Source: a virus
Reading direction: 5' to 3' (one strand)
Length of the DNA: 64,000 nt
IMG/VR virus record: IMGVR_UViG_3300025141_016680
Span: 34,045-98,044 of that record
Shown in pieces: positions 1 to 10,877 of this stretch (its first letter is position 1; every line of letters starts with the position of its first letter). A model generated the notes under the pieces. The model had not been told where the DNA came from, did not search any database, and saw only the letters and a program-made list of their open reading frames with translations. The translations under genes and the position numbers were made by a program.

Positions 1-1
1 C

Positions 2-1318
2 TGATTCGAACCAGTTTTTAGTCTCCTCACGAAGAATAGAAGGAGCGAAAGGCCTATACCACTGCCGATGCTTGACTTTCTCATTTATCATATCTTTCAT
101 GTGTGGGCTCCTGGGATCTGCTAGTATGCTTCTATTACCAAGTGCTCTACGACCTGACTCCGATCCTCCTCCAAAAACAGAAACTATATTTTGATCAGCA
201 AGAAGTTGAATTACTTCTGGATCATCTGCACTTCTTGTTACAACACTCTCTGCCTCTTTCTCGAGACAAGTCTTTATTTCTTCTTCTGTGTATGTCTTAC
301 CAAGATATGGTGTAAAGCTATCATTCCATTCTATTCTCGGATTATCTAGCACATGATGCCAGACAAATTGTGCTGCACCAATTGGAAGACCACCATCATG
401 AGGAGTGGGTGTAACATACACATTTTCGATATGAGGAAACCAGTCCTGTATCTTTCCCACCATTACAGAATTTAGGGATACGCCTCCAGCAAGACAAAGA
501 TTTTTAGTTGGTACCTGTGACAATATTGTCTCTAGCACATTTTTAAATAGATTTTCTGTAGCTTGTTGTAGACCGGCAGCTAGGTCAAACCTATCCTGCT
601 CACTTTGTTCAGCAATCATGGCCCAGGGATTTAGATAGGGATGTTTTGGATCCTTACCTGGGACCAGTGCTCCCTTAGGCTGATTTGTGGGCTTGTGTGA
701 AGCAATTTGTAGATCCACAGTCAGCATTTTTTCAAAATCATTGACAAATCTTTCTGGATTACCCAAAGCTGCCATAGCCATAACTGATCCGGCTTGGTGG
801 CCTCGGGGCCAGCCAGATTGTAGCTGAAAAATATATCGTGTTGCCCGGGTCCATAATCCGCCAAGATTAATTTGAGAAATGGGAAAGGAGTGAAGATGCT
901 GGATCTTATTGTCATTTCCTGTCCAAATTGTGAAGGCTGTTACAAAATTATTCTCTTCGGCGCCCCCGCCATCCATTGTTATAATTGTTGCCTCGGGAAG
1001 ATTGCTTGAAAAGAAGGTATTTGCTGCATGTGACTTATGATGCCCTATCACATATAAATTTCCCCCATTTTCACCTATGACTTCTTTTATTTTTTGAAAT
1101 GATTCATCGTAGTGTGTAGTTTTTGACACAGGTGAACACAGTGCAAGATGCTTTATCTCAGAAAAATTCTCATAATTCTCCATCAAAAAAGACAGAGAGT
1201 CTCCGGGTGGCTCCTTCTCTCTAATAAATCTCTCATACTCATCATGACGCACGGGTCGACCGTCTTCCATAATAAAGTAAGAACAATCATGCCCTGACCA
1301 AGATCCTGCAATTTTCAT
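2..1318 (-). CDS. Carbamoyltransferase (NodU/CmcH family), truncated by the window edge
   Basis: Missing from the ORF track. My translation from ATG at 1318 gives MKIAGSWSGHDCS...GHHKSHAA...TMDGGG...LCLAGGVSLN...HDGGLPIGAA...SESGRRALGNRSILADPR...VKHRQWYRPFAPS, the NodU/CmcH motifs. The frame stays open to the window start. Confidence 0.93.
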   Translation of the reverse strand, partial: MKIAGSWSGHDCSYFIMEDGRPVRHDEYERFIREKEPPGDSLSFLMENYENFSEIKHLALCSPVSKTTHYDESFQKIKEVIGENGGNLYVIGHHKSHAANTFFSSNLPEATIITMDGGGAEENNFVTAFTIWTGNDNKIQHLHSFPISQINLGGLWTRATRYIFQLQSGWPRGHQAGSVMAMAALGNPERFVNDFEKMLTVDLQIASHKPTNQPKGALVPGKDPKHPYLNPWAMIAEQSEQDRFDLAAGLQQATENLFKNVLETILSQVPTKNLCLAGGVSLNSVMVGKIQDWFPHIENVYVTPTPHDGGLPIGAAQFVWHHVLDNPRIEWNDSFTPYLGKTYTEEEIKTCLEKEAESVVTRSADDPEVIQLLADQNIVSVFGGGSESGRRALGNRSILADPRSPHMKDMINEKVKHRQWYRPFAPSILREETKNWFES

Positions 1319-1322
1319 TTTA

Positions 1323-2291
1323 TTATCTTTCCTTTAATCTATTCATGTCACATTCAACCATTCTTGTTACAAGCTGATCAAATGTTGTTGTGGGCTCCCA
1401 GCCCAGTGTATTCTTTGCCTTTGAATAATCTCCAATCAAAACATCTACCTCTGCAGGTCTCATGAATCTTGGATCTTGCTTGACATATTTTTTCCAATCG
1501 CTTATTCCTACACACAAAAATGATTTTTCTAAAAAATCCTCTACAGAATAGCATTCACCGGTAGCAATAACAAAATCATCAGGGTTGTCCTGTTGTAGCA
1601 TCAGCCATATCGCTTCTACATAATCAACAGCGTATCCCCAGTCACGCTTGGCATCGAGATTGCCTAGAGTTATATGATCTGACAAGCCTGATGCGATTCT
1701 GGCAACTCCATCTGTGATTTTACGAGTTACAAATTGCAAACCTCGCCTCTCAGACTCATGATTAAAGCAGATTCCCGAGCAATTGAACATGTCATATGAT
1801 TCTCGATAATTTTTTGTAATCCAGTGCCCGTATAGTTTAGAAACTCCATATGGGCTTCTTGGGTAAAAGGGTGTGGACTCGCTGGCAGGGCACTCAACAG
1901 CCTTTCCAAACATCTCTGAGGTGCTTGCCTGGTAGAACTTAACAGGCTTCTTGTACTCTCTTATTGCCTCTAGCATTCTAAGCACACCCATTCCTGTTAC
2001 ATTTGATGTGAGGCTTGGTGTGTTCCAGCTCTCACCAACAAACGATTGTGCTGCAAGATTATAAACCTCATGTGGCTCAGAATCAGAGAGTGCTCTGAGG
2101 AGTGAATTTTGATCTGTTAGGTCTCCAGAAAGAAAATTTATCTTTCCGACAAGATGACCTGTGTTAACTCTCTCTCTAAATGAGATGCGTCTTTCAAGAC
2201 CAAATACCTCGTAATCTTTCTCTAATAAGAGGTCGGCAAGATGACTTCCATCCATGCCATTTATACCTGTGATGAGTGCTCTTTTCTTCAT
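1323..2291 (-). CDS. gmd: GDP-mannose 4,6-dehydratase
   Basis: ALITGINGMDGSHL, YNLAAQSFV, FYQASTSEMFG, PRSPYGVSKLY, LGNLDAKRDWG, RPAEVD. Confidence 0.97.
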   Translation of the reverse strand: MKKRALITGINGMDGSHLADLLLEKDYEVFGLERRISFRERVNTGHLVGKINFLSGDLTDQNSLLRALSDSEPHEVYNLAAQSFVGESWNTPSLTSNVTGMGVLRMLEAIREYKKPVKFYQASTSEMFGKAVECPASESTPFYPRSPYGVSKLYGHWITKNYRESYDMFNCSGICFNHESERRGLQFVTRKITDGVARIASGLSDHITLGNLDAKRDWGYAVDYVEAIWLMLQQDNPDDFVIATGECYSVEDFLEKSFLCVGISDWKKYVKQDPRFMRPAEVDVLIGDYSKAKNTLGWEPTTTFDQLVTRMVECDMNRLKER

Positions 2292-2364
2292 TTTTTACCC
2301 ATACTATTTTTAATCTTACCATCCTCCTATGAAGTCTTTTAATTTATTTCTAAATTTGAATGAT

Positions 2365-3285
2365 TCACTTAGCAAAGACTTCACAGAACATATCAAGATA
2401 CTGTTGCTTGTGAATCTTTATCTCATACTGTTGACAGTTTTTAAAGCCCTGATGAATATCATCTTCTGATGGGATATACTTCTGTGCTAGAATATCTCCA
2501 ATACAGCTTTTAGTAAGAATATTTTCAACAATTCCCACATCTGTTGAGATTATTGGAACTTTCATAGCAGAGGCTTCAAGTGCTGATTGTGGGCCGCCTT
2601 CGTACCTTGATGAAATTACGTAAAGATCACAACTTGCATACATCTTTCTTAATGTTTCAATCGATGCAAGTTCAAAATAGGTGTACTTGACTCCTGCTGA
2701 TTCTAATCTTTTGATAACATACTGTCTTCTGAACCCGCCCAATAAAACATGAAGATTATTGGTGTCTAAAGAATCAATGTAGTCACAAAAAATATCAGGA
2801 CCCTTCTCTAGTTTCGGAGTTATTAGATCGCTTCCCTCTGTGTCCCTTTGGAATGATCCGACTATATAATCATTCTCAGGTAGCGAAAGGTCCTGTCTGG
2901 CTTGCAACCTATCTTCAGGATACCATTTTGATTCATCATACCAATAGCTAATTACTTTAATTTTCTTATAGGTGAGCTTCTCGAGGTGAGACTTGGTCTT
3001 TCTATTTGGAACATGGTAGCAGTCAACAAACTGGTCTCTTATTAAGAAATCACGGGTTTTTTGTCGATTCATCTTTTCTGGAACAAAATGATGAACAGTT
3101 ACTATTACTTTTTTTGACTGCAAAATGCTAGGGGATATGTGATTCCAGCACCAGCCTGCAAGCAACCAAATAACGTTAGCTTCAAGAATATTTGGTGTGG
3201 TTATCTCTTTGTTGTTCTCCCACCACTCTTGCGCAATTCGATCACAAATCCAGCTCTCATTTGGTGCAAGAACAAAAATTTTCAT
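2365..3285 (-). CDS. Glycosyltransferase, GT-B fold (GT4-like)
   Basis: SSRYEGGPQSALEASAMKVPIISTDVG (EX7E motif); start overlaps the upstream stop (TGATG). Confidence 0.85.
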   Translation of the reverse strand: MKIFVLAPNESWICDRIAQEWWENNKEITTPNILEANVIWLLAGWCWNHISPSILQSKKVIVTVHHFVPEKMNRQKTRDFLIRDQFVDCYHVPNRKTKSHLEKLTYKKIKVISYWYDESKWYPEDRLQARQDLSLPENDYIVGSFQRDTEGSDLITPKLEKGPDIFCDYIDSLDTNNLHVLLGGFRRQYVIKRLESAGVKYTYFELASIETLRKMYASCDLYVISSRYEGGPQSALEASAMKVPIISTDVGIVENILTKSCIGDILAQKYIPSEDDIHQGFKNCQQYEIKIHKQQYLDMFCEVFAK

Positions 3286-4271
3286 CAGTCTAGCAACCAC
3301 TCTTGTATGTGATCATCATCCTCTTCTTCTGATTCCACTATTTCGTAAACGATCTCGTAATCTTCTCTCGATGCTGCACTAATATCAATGGGATTTTTCT
3401 TCCATTCACCAAAGTCATCTATGGGCGCATTCCAACCAATGGGCTTTGCAAGCTCCTCTATTGAATATGGTCTACTTGGTGATTCTTTCAATTGAGAGAT
3501 ATCCACCCACTCATAATATTGATCATTGTCAGCAGACCAATATTTTCCAAATCTCTTATTTCCCCTAACTCTTGCATTTGTTCCTCGAGGATCCGTAAAG
3601 ATTCCCACACATACTGGAATCCACGGCAAATAAGTCTTCATCTTTGACGAGAATTTCTTTTCAATCTTCTCACTTAGATTTACCTCAGCATTTCCACCAT
3701 GTCCTGGTGTTTCCCAGCCGCCTACAGAAGCAATGACTGACCTTCTATATCCACAATCTCCGGCGCCGTTTACTTTAGATCGAGAGGAATCTAGACAAAA
3801 AATTGAATTATTTACTCTTATCTTTGTAAACATCGCTGCATTTAATCTTACTTTTCTTTGGCAGTCTATCAAAACCGATCCCACATCATCATTCTGCTGA
3901 AATAGGGAAACATAGTCCTTTAGCCACCCTTTTCTAATAAACTGACAATCTCCCTGGAGGGGAAATATTATATCTCCTGTTGACTCCTGAAAAATAATAT
4001 TGAGGGCTTCACCAAATGCGCTGATATGGTCTACATCATTTTTTCCTATCTTGCCCTTTTCTCCCGACCTATAGTCCTGCTGATTTATTACCTTCCATCC
4101 CTTCTCACGTAGTAAACCCAGGTATTCCTGTGTTCCTGGTTCTTCGCTATTATCATCTACACAGATAAATTCTACGTCATCATAATCTGAAACAGATTCC
4201 ATCAATGACTCTGCACAACTTCTAAGATAAAAAAGTCTATTGTAGTTATTGATTCCAAATGTTACTTTCAT
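3285..4271 (-). CDS. Glycosyltransferase family 2 (GT-A)
   Basis: INNYNR...ICVDDNSEE...LQGDCQF. Confidence 0.8.
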   Translation of the reverse strand: MKVTFGINNYNRLFYLRSCAESLMESVSDYDDVEFICVDDNSEEPGTQEYLGLLREKGWKVINQQDYRSGEKGKIGKNDVDHISAFGEALNIIFQESTGDIIFPLQGDCQFIRKGWLKDYVSLFQQNDDVGSVLIDCQRKVRLNAAMFTKIRVNNSIFCLDSSRSKVNGAGDCGYRRSVIASVGGWETPGHGGNAEVNLSEKIEKKFSSKMKTYLPWIPVCVGIFTDPRGTNARVRGNKRFGKYWSADNDQYYEWVDISQLKESPSRPYSIEELAKPIGWNAPIDDFGEWKKNPIDISAASREDYEIVYEIVESEEEDDDHIQEWLLD

Positions 4272-4312
4272 CTAAGCTTCCTCTTGATAATTCTAAGATA
4301 AAAAAATAAGCT

Positions 4313-5224
4313 TTACACATTATCGAGTAAATCTACAAAAACAGATTTATACTTTTTTGCAACTTCAGCGATATCAAAATTTACGCTATTTTCACTTTGA
4401 ATTGCTCTACTAAAATCCATCTCTGGAGGATTATAAAGTCTCACAGGAGAAAAATCCCAAAGATCTTCTTCTATTATCAGGCCAGACTCATTGACAATCT
4501 CATGTGTTCCACCTGCAGCTGAACAAACGACAGAGCATCCACTTGCTTGTGCATCAATTACCACGTTTGGACAATGATCTAGCCATGCTAGGTGTAAGAA
4601 CTTAGTAGATCGCTTAAACAGCGAGATTAAATCTTGCCATGGCATCTCTCCTGCGTATAGCACTCTATCATGACTTACTTGAAAGTCTGGATTTTTTCCT
4701 GCAACAACCAGGCAAGCATCTTCAGGTGCAAATTCTAAAAAATAGCGTACGTTTTCTGATAGTCTTTTGTGAGGCCTCCAGGCTGATGCGCATGACCACA
4801 CACCATTAAATTTATCAAGCACTGGATGCTGTATGGGTTTTATTTCTGAAATGAGGTCCAAGCATGTACCGTTGTGAATCACATTTCCATTCTGGTGCTC
4901 ACCAAACCATTTCTCAGTTAGCACTTTATTGAAATTAGACTGATAAATTACTGCACTTGCTGCATGAAATGTTTCACATATAGGTGTGTTGAGATGCTGA
5001 TAATCCTGGTCCGAGTTAAAATAAATTCCATCTAGCCTCTGGACGATGGGTGCAACCTTATAGGAAGCTGCTATGAATGATAATTGTATATCAATCTTTT
5101 GAGAATTAGAGATGTTGCTAACAGAATTTACGTCTAATTCAGTAAATGCTCTTGCTAATTTTCCAGCAAGAGCATTGGGACCTGAACTTGATTCAAAATC
5201 TACATTGTCAAATAGCACATTCAT
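4313..5224 (-). CDS. Glycosyltransferase, GT-B fold (GT4-like)
   Basis: VIHNG, WRPHKRL, DHCPNVVIDAQASGCSVV...GGTHEIV. Confidence 0.8.
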   Translation of the reverse strand: MNVLFDNVDFESSSGPNALAGKLARAFTELDVNSVSNISNSQKIDIQLSFIAASYKVAPIVQRLDGIYFNSDQDYQHLNTPICETFHAASAVIYQSNFNKVLTEKWFGEHQNGNVIHNGTCLDLISEIKPIQHPVLDKFNGVWSCASAWRPHKRLSENVRYFLEFAPEDACLVVAGKNPDFQVSHDRVLYAGEMPWQDLISLFKRSTKFLHLAWLDHCPNVVIDAQASGCSVVCSAAGGTHEIVNESGLIIEEDLWDFSPVRLYNPPEMDFSRAIQSENSVNFDIAEVAKKYKSVFVDLLDNV

Positions 5225-6750
5225 TCTATCTTATGAATCTCACCAGAATTTTTGTCGACAAGCATTCCTTTTTTATATTTTGTGTAGCGATGGTCATTTA
5301 TTTCTTCCCAAGCCTTGTCTCTTATCTTTTCTAGCTCGTCCGACGGGACAATCGTATTGATCATATTTGCCTTTTGCCAGTGCATTTTATCAGGATCATA
5401 ATCAGTTGAAAGATTTCCATCTCTCATAGCAGAGTCAAACATTGGAGTTCCTGGGAGCGGCATCACTAAAAAGAAGCTAGCAGCATCAAGACCATTATTC
5501 ATGCATTCTTTAGCAAAATTAATTGTATGTATAATTTCTTCTCTTGTTTCATCAGGGTACCCTATCATGTAGTTACCTGCAATTCTTAAATTATAATCCT
5601 TTAATGCCTTTAATAGGGCAGGAATATTTGACTGCTGAATATTCCATTTGCTTGACGCATACTTCGATATTATTCTAGGATTAGCAGATTCAAATGGCAG
5701 TGCTATATCTCTAAATCCTGCTTCTGCAAGTGTTTCTATTACTTCAAAGTCAGGTTCTCCGCTCTTTAGCAGATGAATAACATTGACTCCATTTACATCA
5801 AGAATTTCAAAATCTAAATTTCTAATCTTTTTAATTAGCTCAATTGCTCTTCTCTTCTTTCCAAAGATTGAATCATCTTCTATAAAGATTTGCTTAACTC
5901 CAAGTGACTTTAAAATATCAAGCTCTTTAAGAACTCTTTGATCAGATTTTATTCTAAATTTTCCAATAGGTCCTGACATTGTTCCCTTCCGTTCACCTGC
6001 TATATGACAGTATGTGCAGGAAAATGGACAGCCCAATGACGTCATCATTGAAGCATATTTTAATTCCTCATCAGGTTCAAAATGACCTCCGTGTGGCCTT
6101 CTAATTTTCCAATATCTGTCATTTGGAAGAAGGTGCCATGCTGGCAAAGGTAAATCATCAAGATTCCATATTATATCACCTATCGCACTGCTTTGCTTTG
6201 GTGTTCCATTTTCAAGGTATGCTACCATTGGAATGTGAGTAAAGTTTCTACTTCCGCTTTCTATAGTTCTTACTATTTCTACAATTGTTTTTTCTGATTC
6301 AGAAGTGCAGATAAGGTCAACACCATTATCAAAAAACTTTTTTTGTCTATGCCTTGCATTGACACCTCCTGCAACTATAAGCTTATCAGGAAATGTTTTT
6401 TTAATAAGCCTTGAAGTATTTAAAACCATTGTCTCCTGATGTGTGAAAATAGAGGTTAAGCCGACTATATCTGAATCAGCTACTTCTTCAAGAATTCTTT
6501 CATCCGTCACGCCTGTCCGCTTCATTCCTGTGGGTAAATCAGACGAAGTGTAAAATACGTCGTCTAGATTATCACTTTCATTTCCTACACATGCATCAAA
6601 TATTTTTACTTCTGTGCCGTTTTCTATCAGAGCTCCTCCTAGCATGGGATATGCTAAAGATCCGTTCGGCTTGCACATCATCTCGGGCCAAGTTTGCTCA
6701 GGAGGATACAAAAGTGTTACTTTGACTCTCTTTTTTGGAAAATTATGCAT
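5221..6750 (-). CDS. Cobalamin-binding radical SAM protein (putative methyltransferase)
   Basis: N-terminal B12-binding-like region (DIVGLTS, IVAGG), SLGCPFSCTYC (CxxxCxxC), MIGYPDET, PLPGTP. Confidence 0.9.
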   Translation of the reverse strand: MHNFPKKRVKVTLLYPPEQTWPEMMCKPNGSLAYPMLGGALIENGTEVKIFDACVGNESDNLDDVFYTSSDLPTGMKRTGVTDERILEEVADSDIVGLTSIFTHQETMVLNTSRLIKKTFPDKLIVAGGVNARHRQKKFFDNGVDLICTSESEKTIVEIVRTIESGSRNFTHIPMVAYLENGTPKQSSAIGDIIWNLDDLPLPAWHLLPNDRYWKIRRPHGGHFEPDEELKYASMMTSLGCPFSCTYCHIAGERKGTMSGPIGKFRIKSDQRVLKELDILKSLGVKQIFIEDDSIFGKKRRAIELIKKIRNLDFEILDVNGVNVIHLLKSGEPDFEVIETLAEAGFRDIALPFESANPRIISKYASSKWNIQQSNIPALLKALKDYNLRIAGNYMIGYPDETREEIIHTINFAKECMNNGLDAASFFLVMPLPGTPMFDSAMRDGNLSTDYDPDKMHWQKANMINTIVPSDELEKIRDKAWEEINDHRYTKYKKGMLVDKNSGEIHKIE

Positions 6751-7540
6751 TTTTAGTAATCCACTCGTCGACTCTTTGCCTCCATCTTAAGATAATTGGA
6801 TCAGTGTGAAAATTTCTATATGATGAACGACCAACATGTGTAAATACAGGCTCTCCATTAATTTGATGTTCCTCACCTCTCATTCCTGCAGTCATAAACT
6901 TGGATCTTTCATCATTTGAATTTATTAAAGGTAGTGCTATCCCATCTCCGCCGCGTATCTTAATTTTAAAAGGTAGTTGCCAACCAACATCTAAGTCAAT
7001 AATATCCCCAGGATCCCTTCCAAATACTCTAGCATTTGTAGAATCAATTGTTATCTGTCTTGTCTTTGCAGGAGTAAATGATATACTGCTGCACATCTGC
7101 AATGCTTTCACTCTAAACAAACAGCATATAGCATTGGGAAATTTTAGATATTTTGATCCACTATACTCTGAGCCTATGATAACGATATCGTCATGAATTA
7201 AGCTAAGCATTTTTTCATCCCAGCTCTTTGCAAGAAAAGCGACGTCTGCATCAACTATCATTCCAAAATCTTCTGTCATATTGCTGAATAGTAAATCGAG
7301 ACAAAGTCCATGATCATGACTAGATATTGGATTATCATTTATTGCATCAATTATTTTTATCTCTGAGTCTGTGTCTACGGTTAATATTTCATCGGTATCG
7401 ACACTTTTATCATTTATTGCAAGTATAAATTCAACTCTTTTTTGATCACTTACAGTCATATTTGATGACCATATTAAATGTTTAACATAGTGCTCTGAAT
7501 TGATTCCACACGGAATCCCTATTTGAATTTTTGATTCCAT
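6743..7540 (-). CDS. Putative GT-A fold glycosyltransferase
   Basis: HGLCLD...IVDADVAF (DxD), DVGWQL; sits inside the glycan cluster. Confidence 0.6.
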   Translation of the reverse strand: MESKIQIGIPCGINSEHYVKHLIWSSNMTVSDQKRVEFILAINDKSVDTDEILTVDTDSEIKIIDAINDNPISSHDHGLCLDLLFSNMTEDFGMIVDADVAFLAKSWDEKMLSLIHDDIVIIGSEYSGSKYLKFPNAICCLFRVKALQMCSSISFTPAKTRQITIDSTNARVFGRDPGDIIDLDVGWQLPFKIKIRGGDGIALPLINSNDERSKFMTAGMRGEEHQINGEPVFTHVGRSSYRNFHTDPIILRWRQRVDEWITKNA

Positions 7541-7546
7541 TTTAAA

Positions 7547-8644
7547 CTAAAAACTATTAACAGCTTCAACAACTGTTTTCCTATCCTCTTCTGTTAACCA
7601 CCATCCGACAGGAATATTCATCATTTTTGAACAAAATTCATCAGTCCCTGGTAAGTCATCTCTTTCAAACTTTTTATACACAGAGTATCTATCATTTCTT
7701 ACATGAACAACATCTGTTGCCACACCTTTGCTTGCCATATGACTCTTAAATTCATCCCTATTATCTACAAGAAGACTGTAGATCCAGCATGCAGACTCAG
7801 AATTTTTTGATCTTTTGAGCTTTTTAACACGTGAATTATTAATATTTTTATCAAAAAATGCACTATTATCCTGGTGACTTTTAATAAGCGACTTTATTGT
7901 CTTCATTTGCTCAAGCCCGATTAATGCATTTAAGTTGTTCATGTGAAACTTATATCCCCACTCTGTGACGTCCTGCTCCCATCGAGATTTTCCTGTCTTT
8001 GCAGTATACTTTCTGTCTAAACCAAACCACCTAAGGCTTTTTATCCTTTGGTCATCATCGTGGTTTTTTGAGCAAATTGCACCGCCGTCCGCGGTTGTTA
8101 AGTGTTTTATTGCCTGAAATGAGAAGCATGTAAAATCACTATGACCCCCTATCGGGATTCCATTGTATGTTGCTCCGAGAGCATGTGCAGCATCTTCAAT
8201 TACCTTTATATCAAAATCTCTTACAATTTTATTAATTTCATCTATCTCAAATGGCTGGCCGGCCCAATGGACAGCAGAAATAGCCTTTGTTCTAGGAGTT
8301 ATCTTTCTTTTAACATCACATGGGTCAATATTCCCAGTCTCAGGATCAATATCTGCCCAGACAAGCTTTGCACCAAATACAGATGCAGGCTCATTTGTTG
8401 CCATGCATGTCATAGGTGTAACAATTACCTCATCATCAGGCTGAATGTCACAAAGTCTAAACGCTAGTGTCAAAGCTGATGTGCAGCTATTGACAAGTGA
8501 ACAATTTTCATTCTCAACATATTCAGAAAACTCTTTTTCAAATCTATCTGAATATTCTCCTTCTGTCACCATGCCGTTTTCAAAAAGCTTATCTATTAAT
8601 GGTCCTAGTGTTCCAGGATTATGAACTTTAAAAAGATTTATCAT
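7547..8644 (-). CDS. DegT/DnrJ/EryC1/StrS PLP-dependent sugar aminotransferase
   Basis: NSCTSAL, VIEDAAHA, FSFQAIKHLTTADGG. Confidence 0.95.
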   Translation of the reverse strand: MINLFKVHNPGTLGPLIDKLFENGMVTEGEYSDRFEKEFSEYVENENCSLVNSCTSALTLAFRLCDIQPDDEVIVTPMTCMATNEPASVFGAKLVWADIDPETGNIDPCDVKRKITPRTKAISAVHWAGQPFEIDEINKIVRDFDIKVIEDAAHALGATYNGIPIGGHSDFTCFSFQAIKHLTTADGGAICSKNHDDDQRIKSLRWFGLDRKYTAKTGKSRWEQDVTEWGYKFHMNNLNALIGLEQMKTIKSLIKSHQDNSAFFDKNINNSRVKKLKRSKNSESACWIYSLLVDNRDEFKSHMASKGVATDVVHVRNDRYSVYKKFERDDLPGTDEFCSKMMNIPVGWWLTEEDRKTVVEAVNSF

Positions 8645-8864
8645 TGCTGTCTCCTATTTTTTGACTGTACACTTTTCCATACGAAATACGATTACACGTC
8701 CTTTCAAAGAAATAATATATGATAAAACCGCTAATGTTCATGTAAAACGCATTAATAATAGCCCTTTCTGACACATCTGACACAAGAATAATAAAGCTAT
8801 TAAGTATAGCAATAATTCTCCATATCAAAGATTTTAAAAGGCTTCTAGTTTTTGTTTCAATCAT
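8628..8864 (-). CDS. Small membrane protein, DUF2061-like
   Basis: ETKTRSLLKSLIWRIIA...YYFFERTCNRISYG pattern. Confidence 0.65.
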   Translation of the reverse strand: MIETKTRSLLKSLIWRIIAILNSFIILVSDVSERAIINAFYMNISGFIIYYFFERTCNRISYGKVYSQKIGDSNDKSF

Positions 8865-9829
8865 TGCTGTTTTCCAAATAGCTCTTCAAAGACCTTAATA
8901 TTATAGTAAGTCTTATCGTCAAAGCTATATGTTGATAAGTCTATATTTCTTAAAATTTCATTAACAGAGTCTCCAGGAGAAAACTGAGGAACGAAATCAA
9001 GCTGATCTTTTATCTTGTTATTTGTTACTTTATAGTTTCTACATTCTGGAATATTTTTAATCTCTATGTCTACAGTGATCCCATTATTTAATAACTCATC
9101 TCTAATTTCATCAGCTAAGCGGCCCATTGTGTAATTGTCATATGATACATTAAATACACCTGTTATTTCTGGGCTTGCTTCAATTGCCCTGATGTATGCT
9201 GTGGCGATGTCACGTACATCTGTTAAAGGTCGCCATACACTAGGGTTATTTACAACTATCTTTCCCTCTGTCAGCGCAAACTTTGTCATTGTGTTTACAA
9301 CAAGATCATATCTCATTCTCTTGGAATACCCACCTACCGTTCCCTTTCTAAGAGATATTGGTCTAAATGTTTCATCTTCAAAGCTCATAACAGCACTCTC
9401 ACCCAACATTTTTGAAATACCGTATGGAAATTTTGGAGAAACATGAGAGCTCTCATTCATCAATTTATCAGCTGTATATCCATAAATACTGCATGAACTT
9501 GCATACACAAATCTTTGCACGCCTGCTTCCTTAGAAATAAATGCAAGATACGTTGGTGAGGATGCATTCTCAACAAAGTTCATAGATGGGTTAAAGTTTG
9601 CCATTGGATCATTTGACACACCAGCCATAAAGATGACAACGTCAAATCCAGAAACATCGTCTGGAGTTAGTGACCTAATATCAGCATTAATTATATTTGT
9701 TTCATCTGGAAGACTATTTCCAAACCACAGTAAATCTACAACAGTAACATCATACTGTCTTTCAATTAGTTTTGGTACTAAGACTGAGCCGATATATCCT
9801 GCGCCGCCTGCAATTAGAATTTTTTTCAT
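8861..9829 (-). CDS. NAD-dependent epimerase/dehydratase (extended SDR)
   Basis: GGAGYIGS, YASSCSIYG, YGISK. Confidence 0.92.
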   Translation of the reverse strand: MKKILIAGGAGYIGSVLVPKLIERQYDVTVVDLLWFGNSLPDETNIINADIRSLTPDDVSGFDVVIFMAGVSNDPMANFNPSMNFVENASSPTYLAFISKEAGVQRFVYASSCSIYGYTADKLMNESSHVSPKFPYGISKMLGESAVMSFEDETFRPISLRKGTVGGYSKRMRYDLVVNTMTKFALTEGKIVVNNPSVWRPLTDVRDIATAYIRAIEASPEITGVFNVSYDNYTMGRLADEIRDELLNNGITVDIEIKNIPECRNYKVTNNKIKDQLDFVPQFSPGDSVNEILRNIDLSTYSFDDKTYYNIKVFEELFGKQQ

Positions 9830-10407
9830 TATTTATCCTTAAAATTAAATTTTGGATTATTTCTATATTCAGAAAAAGACTGTGCTGCCGAATCCTTTTC
9901 TGATAATATTAAGCTGCTTTTATCAATGCCCCAGTCAATATTAAGCTCTGGATCGAGTGGGTTTATTCCGGATTCTCCATCTGAGTTATAAACTGCTGTG
10001 CACTTGTAATGTAGCACAGTGTTATCTTCAAGAGAAATAATTCCATGAGCATAGCCCGGTGGAACCCATAGTTCTTTTTTATTTTCTGCCGTTAGCATAA
10101 ATGATTCATAAACTCCATACGTTGGTGATCCTTTTCTTACATCGACAATGACATCCATGATTGCACCGCTTGCCACCTTGACAAATTTTCCCATTGGGCC
10201 GTCCCACTGATAGTGTAGGCCTCTTATTACATTCGCCCTTGATATAGAAAAATTATCTTGGACAAATATTTCATTAAATCCCGCTTCTTTAAACGTATTC
10301 TCATTATATGATTCGTAAAAACACCCTCTGTGATCATGAAAAACCCTTGGTGTAAATACAAAAACATCATTAAAATTTTTACTTTTTTCCTTTGCAACTT
10401 TCTTCAT
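9829..10407 (-). CDS. rmlC: dTDP-4-dehydrorhamnose 3,5-epimerase
   Basis: DHRGCFYE, VQDN, IRGLHYQ, VDVRKGSPTYG, VPPGYAHG, LSEKD. Confidence 0.95.
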   Translation of the reverse strand: MKKVAKEKSKNFNDVFVFTPRVFHDHRGCFYESYNENTFKEAGFNEIFVQDNFSISRANVIRGLHYQWDGPMGKFVKVASGAIMDVIVDVRKGSPTYGVYESFMLTAENKKELWVPPGYAHGIISLEDNTVLHYKCTAVYNSDGESGINPLDPELNIDWGIDKSSLILSEKDSAAQSFSEYRNNPKFNFKDK

Positions 10408-10877
10408 TTAGAAATCTCCATCTTCATCTCAATTCTCTTAATTTTTTCTTTGCCCCTGAACACTGGGTCGGTTTTTTTGTTTGTTCTTTTAAATCCAACT
10501 TTTTCGTAGAGAGAAATTGCTCTAACATTAAATTCTAAAACGTATAAGATAAACGTCTTAAACCCAAAAGATTCTAACATAAAGTTCATAAACTTAGGGT
10601 ATGCCAGCTTTGCTATTCCCATTCCCCGGTATGTTCTATGTATGTCACATCCTATAAACACACTGCTTTCATCTTCATTCCATGAAGATGTTCTAAAATA
10701 CCCTACATCATTGTTATTATGAGTCAAAATATAAAATTTTGGCTTGCTTTTCCTGAACCATTCGCGGCATTGATTAATTGTAAATCTAGTATTATCATCA
10801 AGAAAATCGGCACATTCATTTCGTATGGCAATAAAAAATTCAAGATCATCTGCACACATTTCTCTAAAGCGTATCAT
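10404..10877 (-). CDS. GNAT N-acetyltransferase
   Basis: YRGMGIAK acetyl-CoA motif, NVRAISLYEKVGF. Confidence 0.88.
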   Translation of the reverse strand: MIRFREMCADDLEFFIAIRNECADFLDDNTRFTINQCREWFRKSKPKFYILTHNNNDVGYFRTSSWNEDESSVFIGCDIHRTYRGMGIAKLAYPKFMNFMLESFGFKTFILYVLEFNVRAISLYEKVGFKRTNKKTDPVFRGKEKIKRIEMKMEISK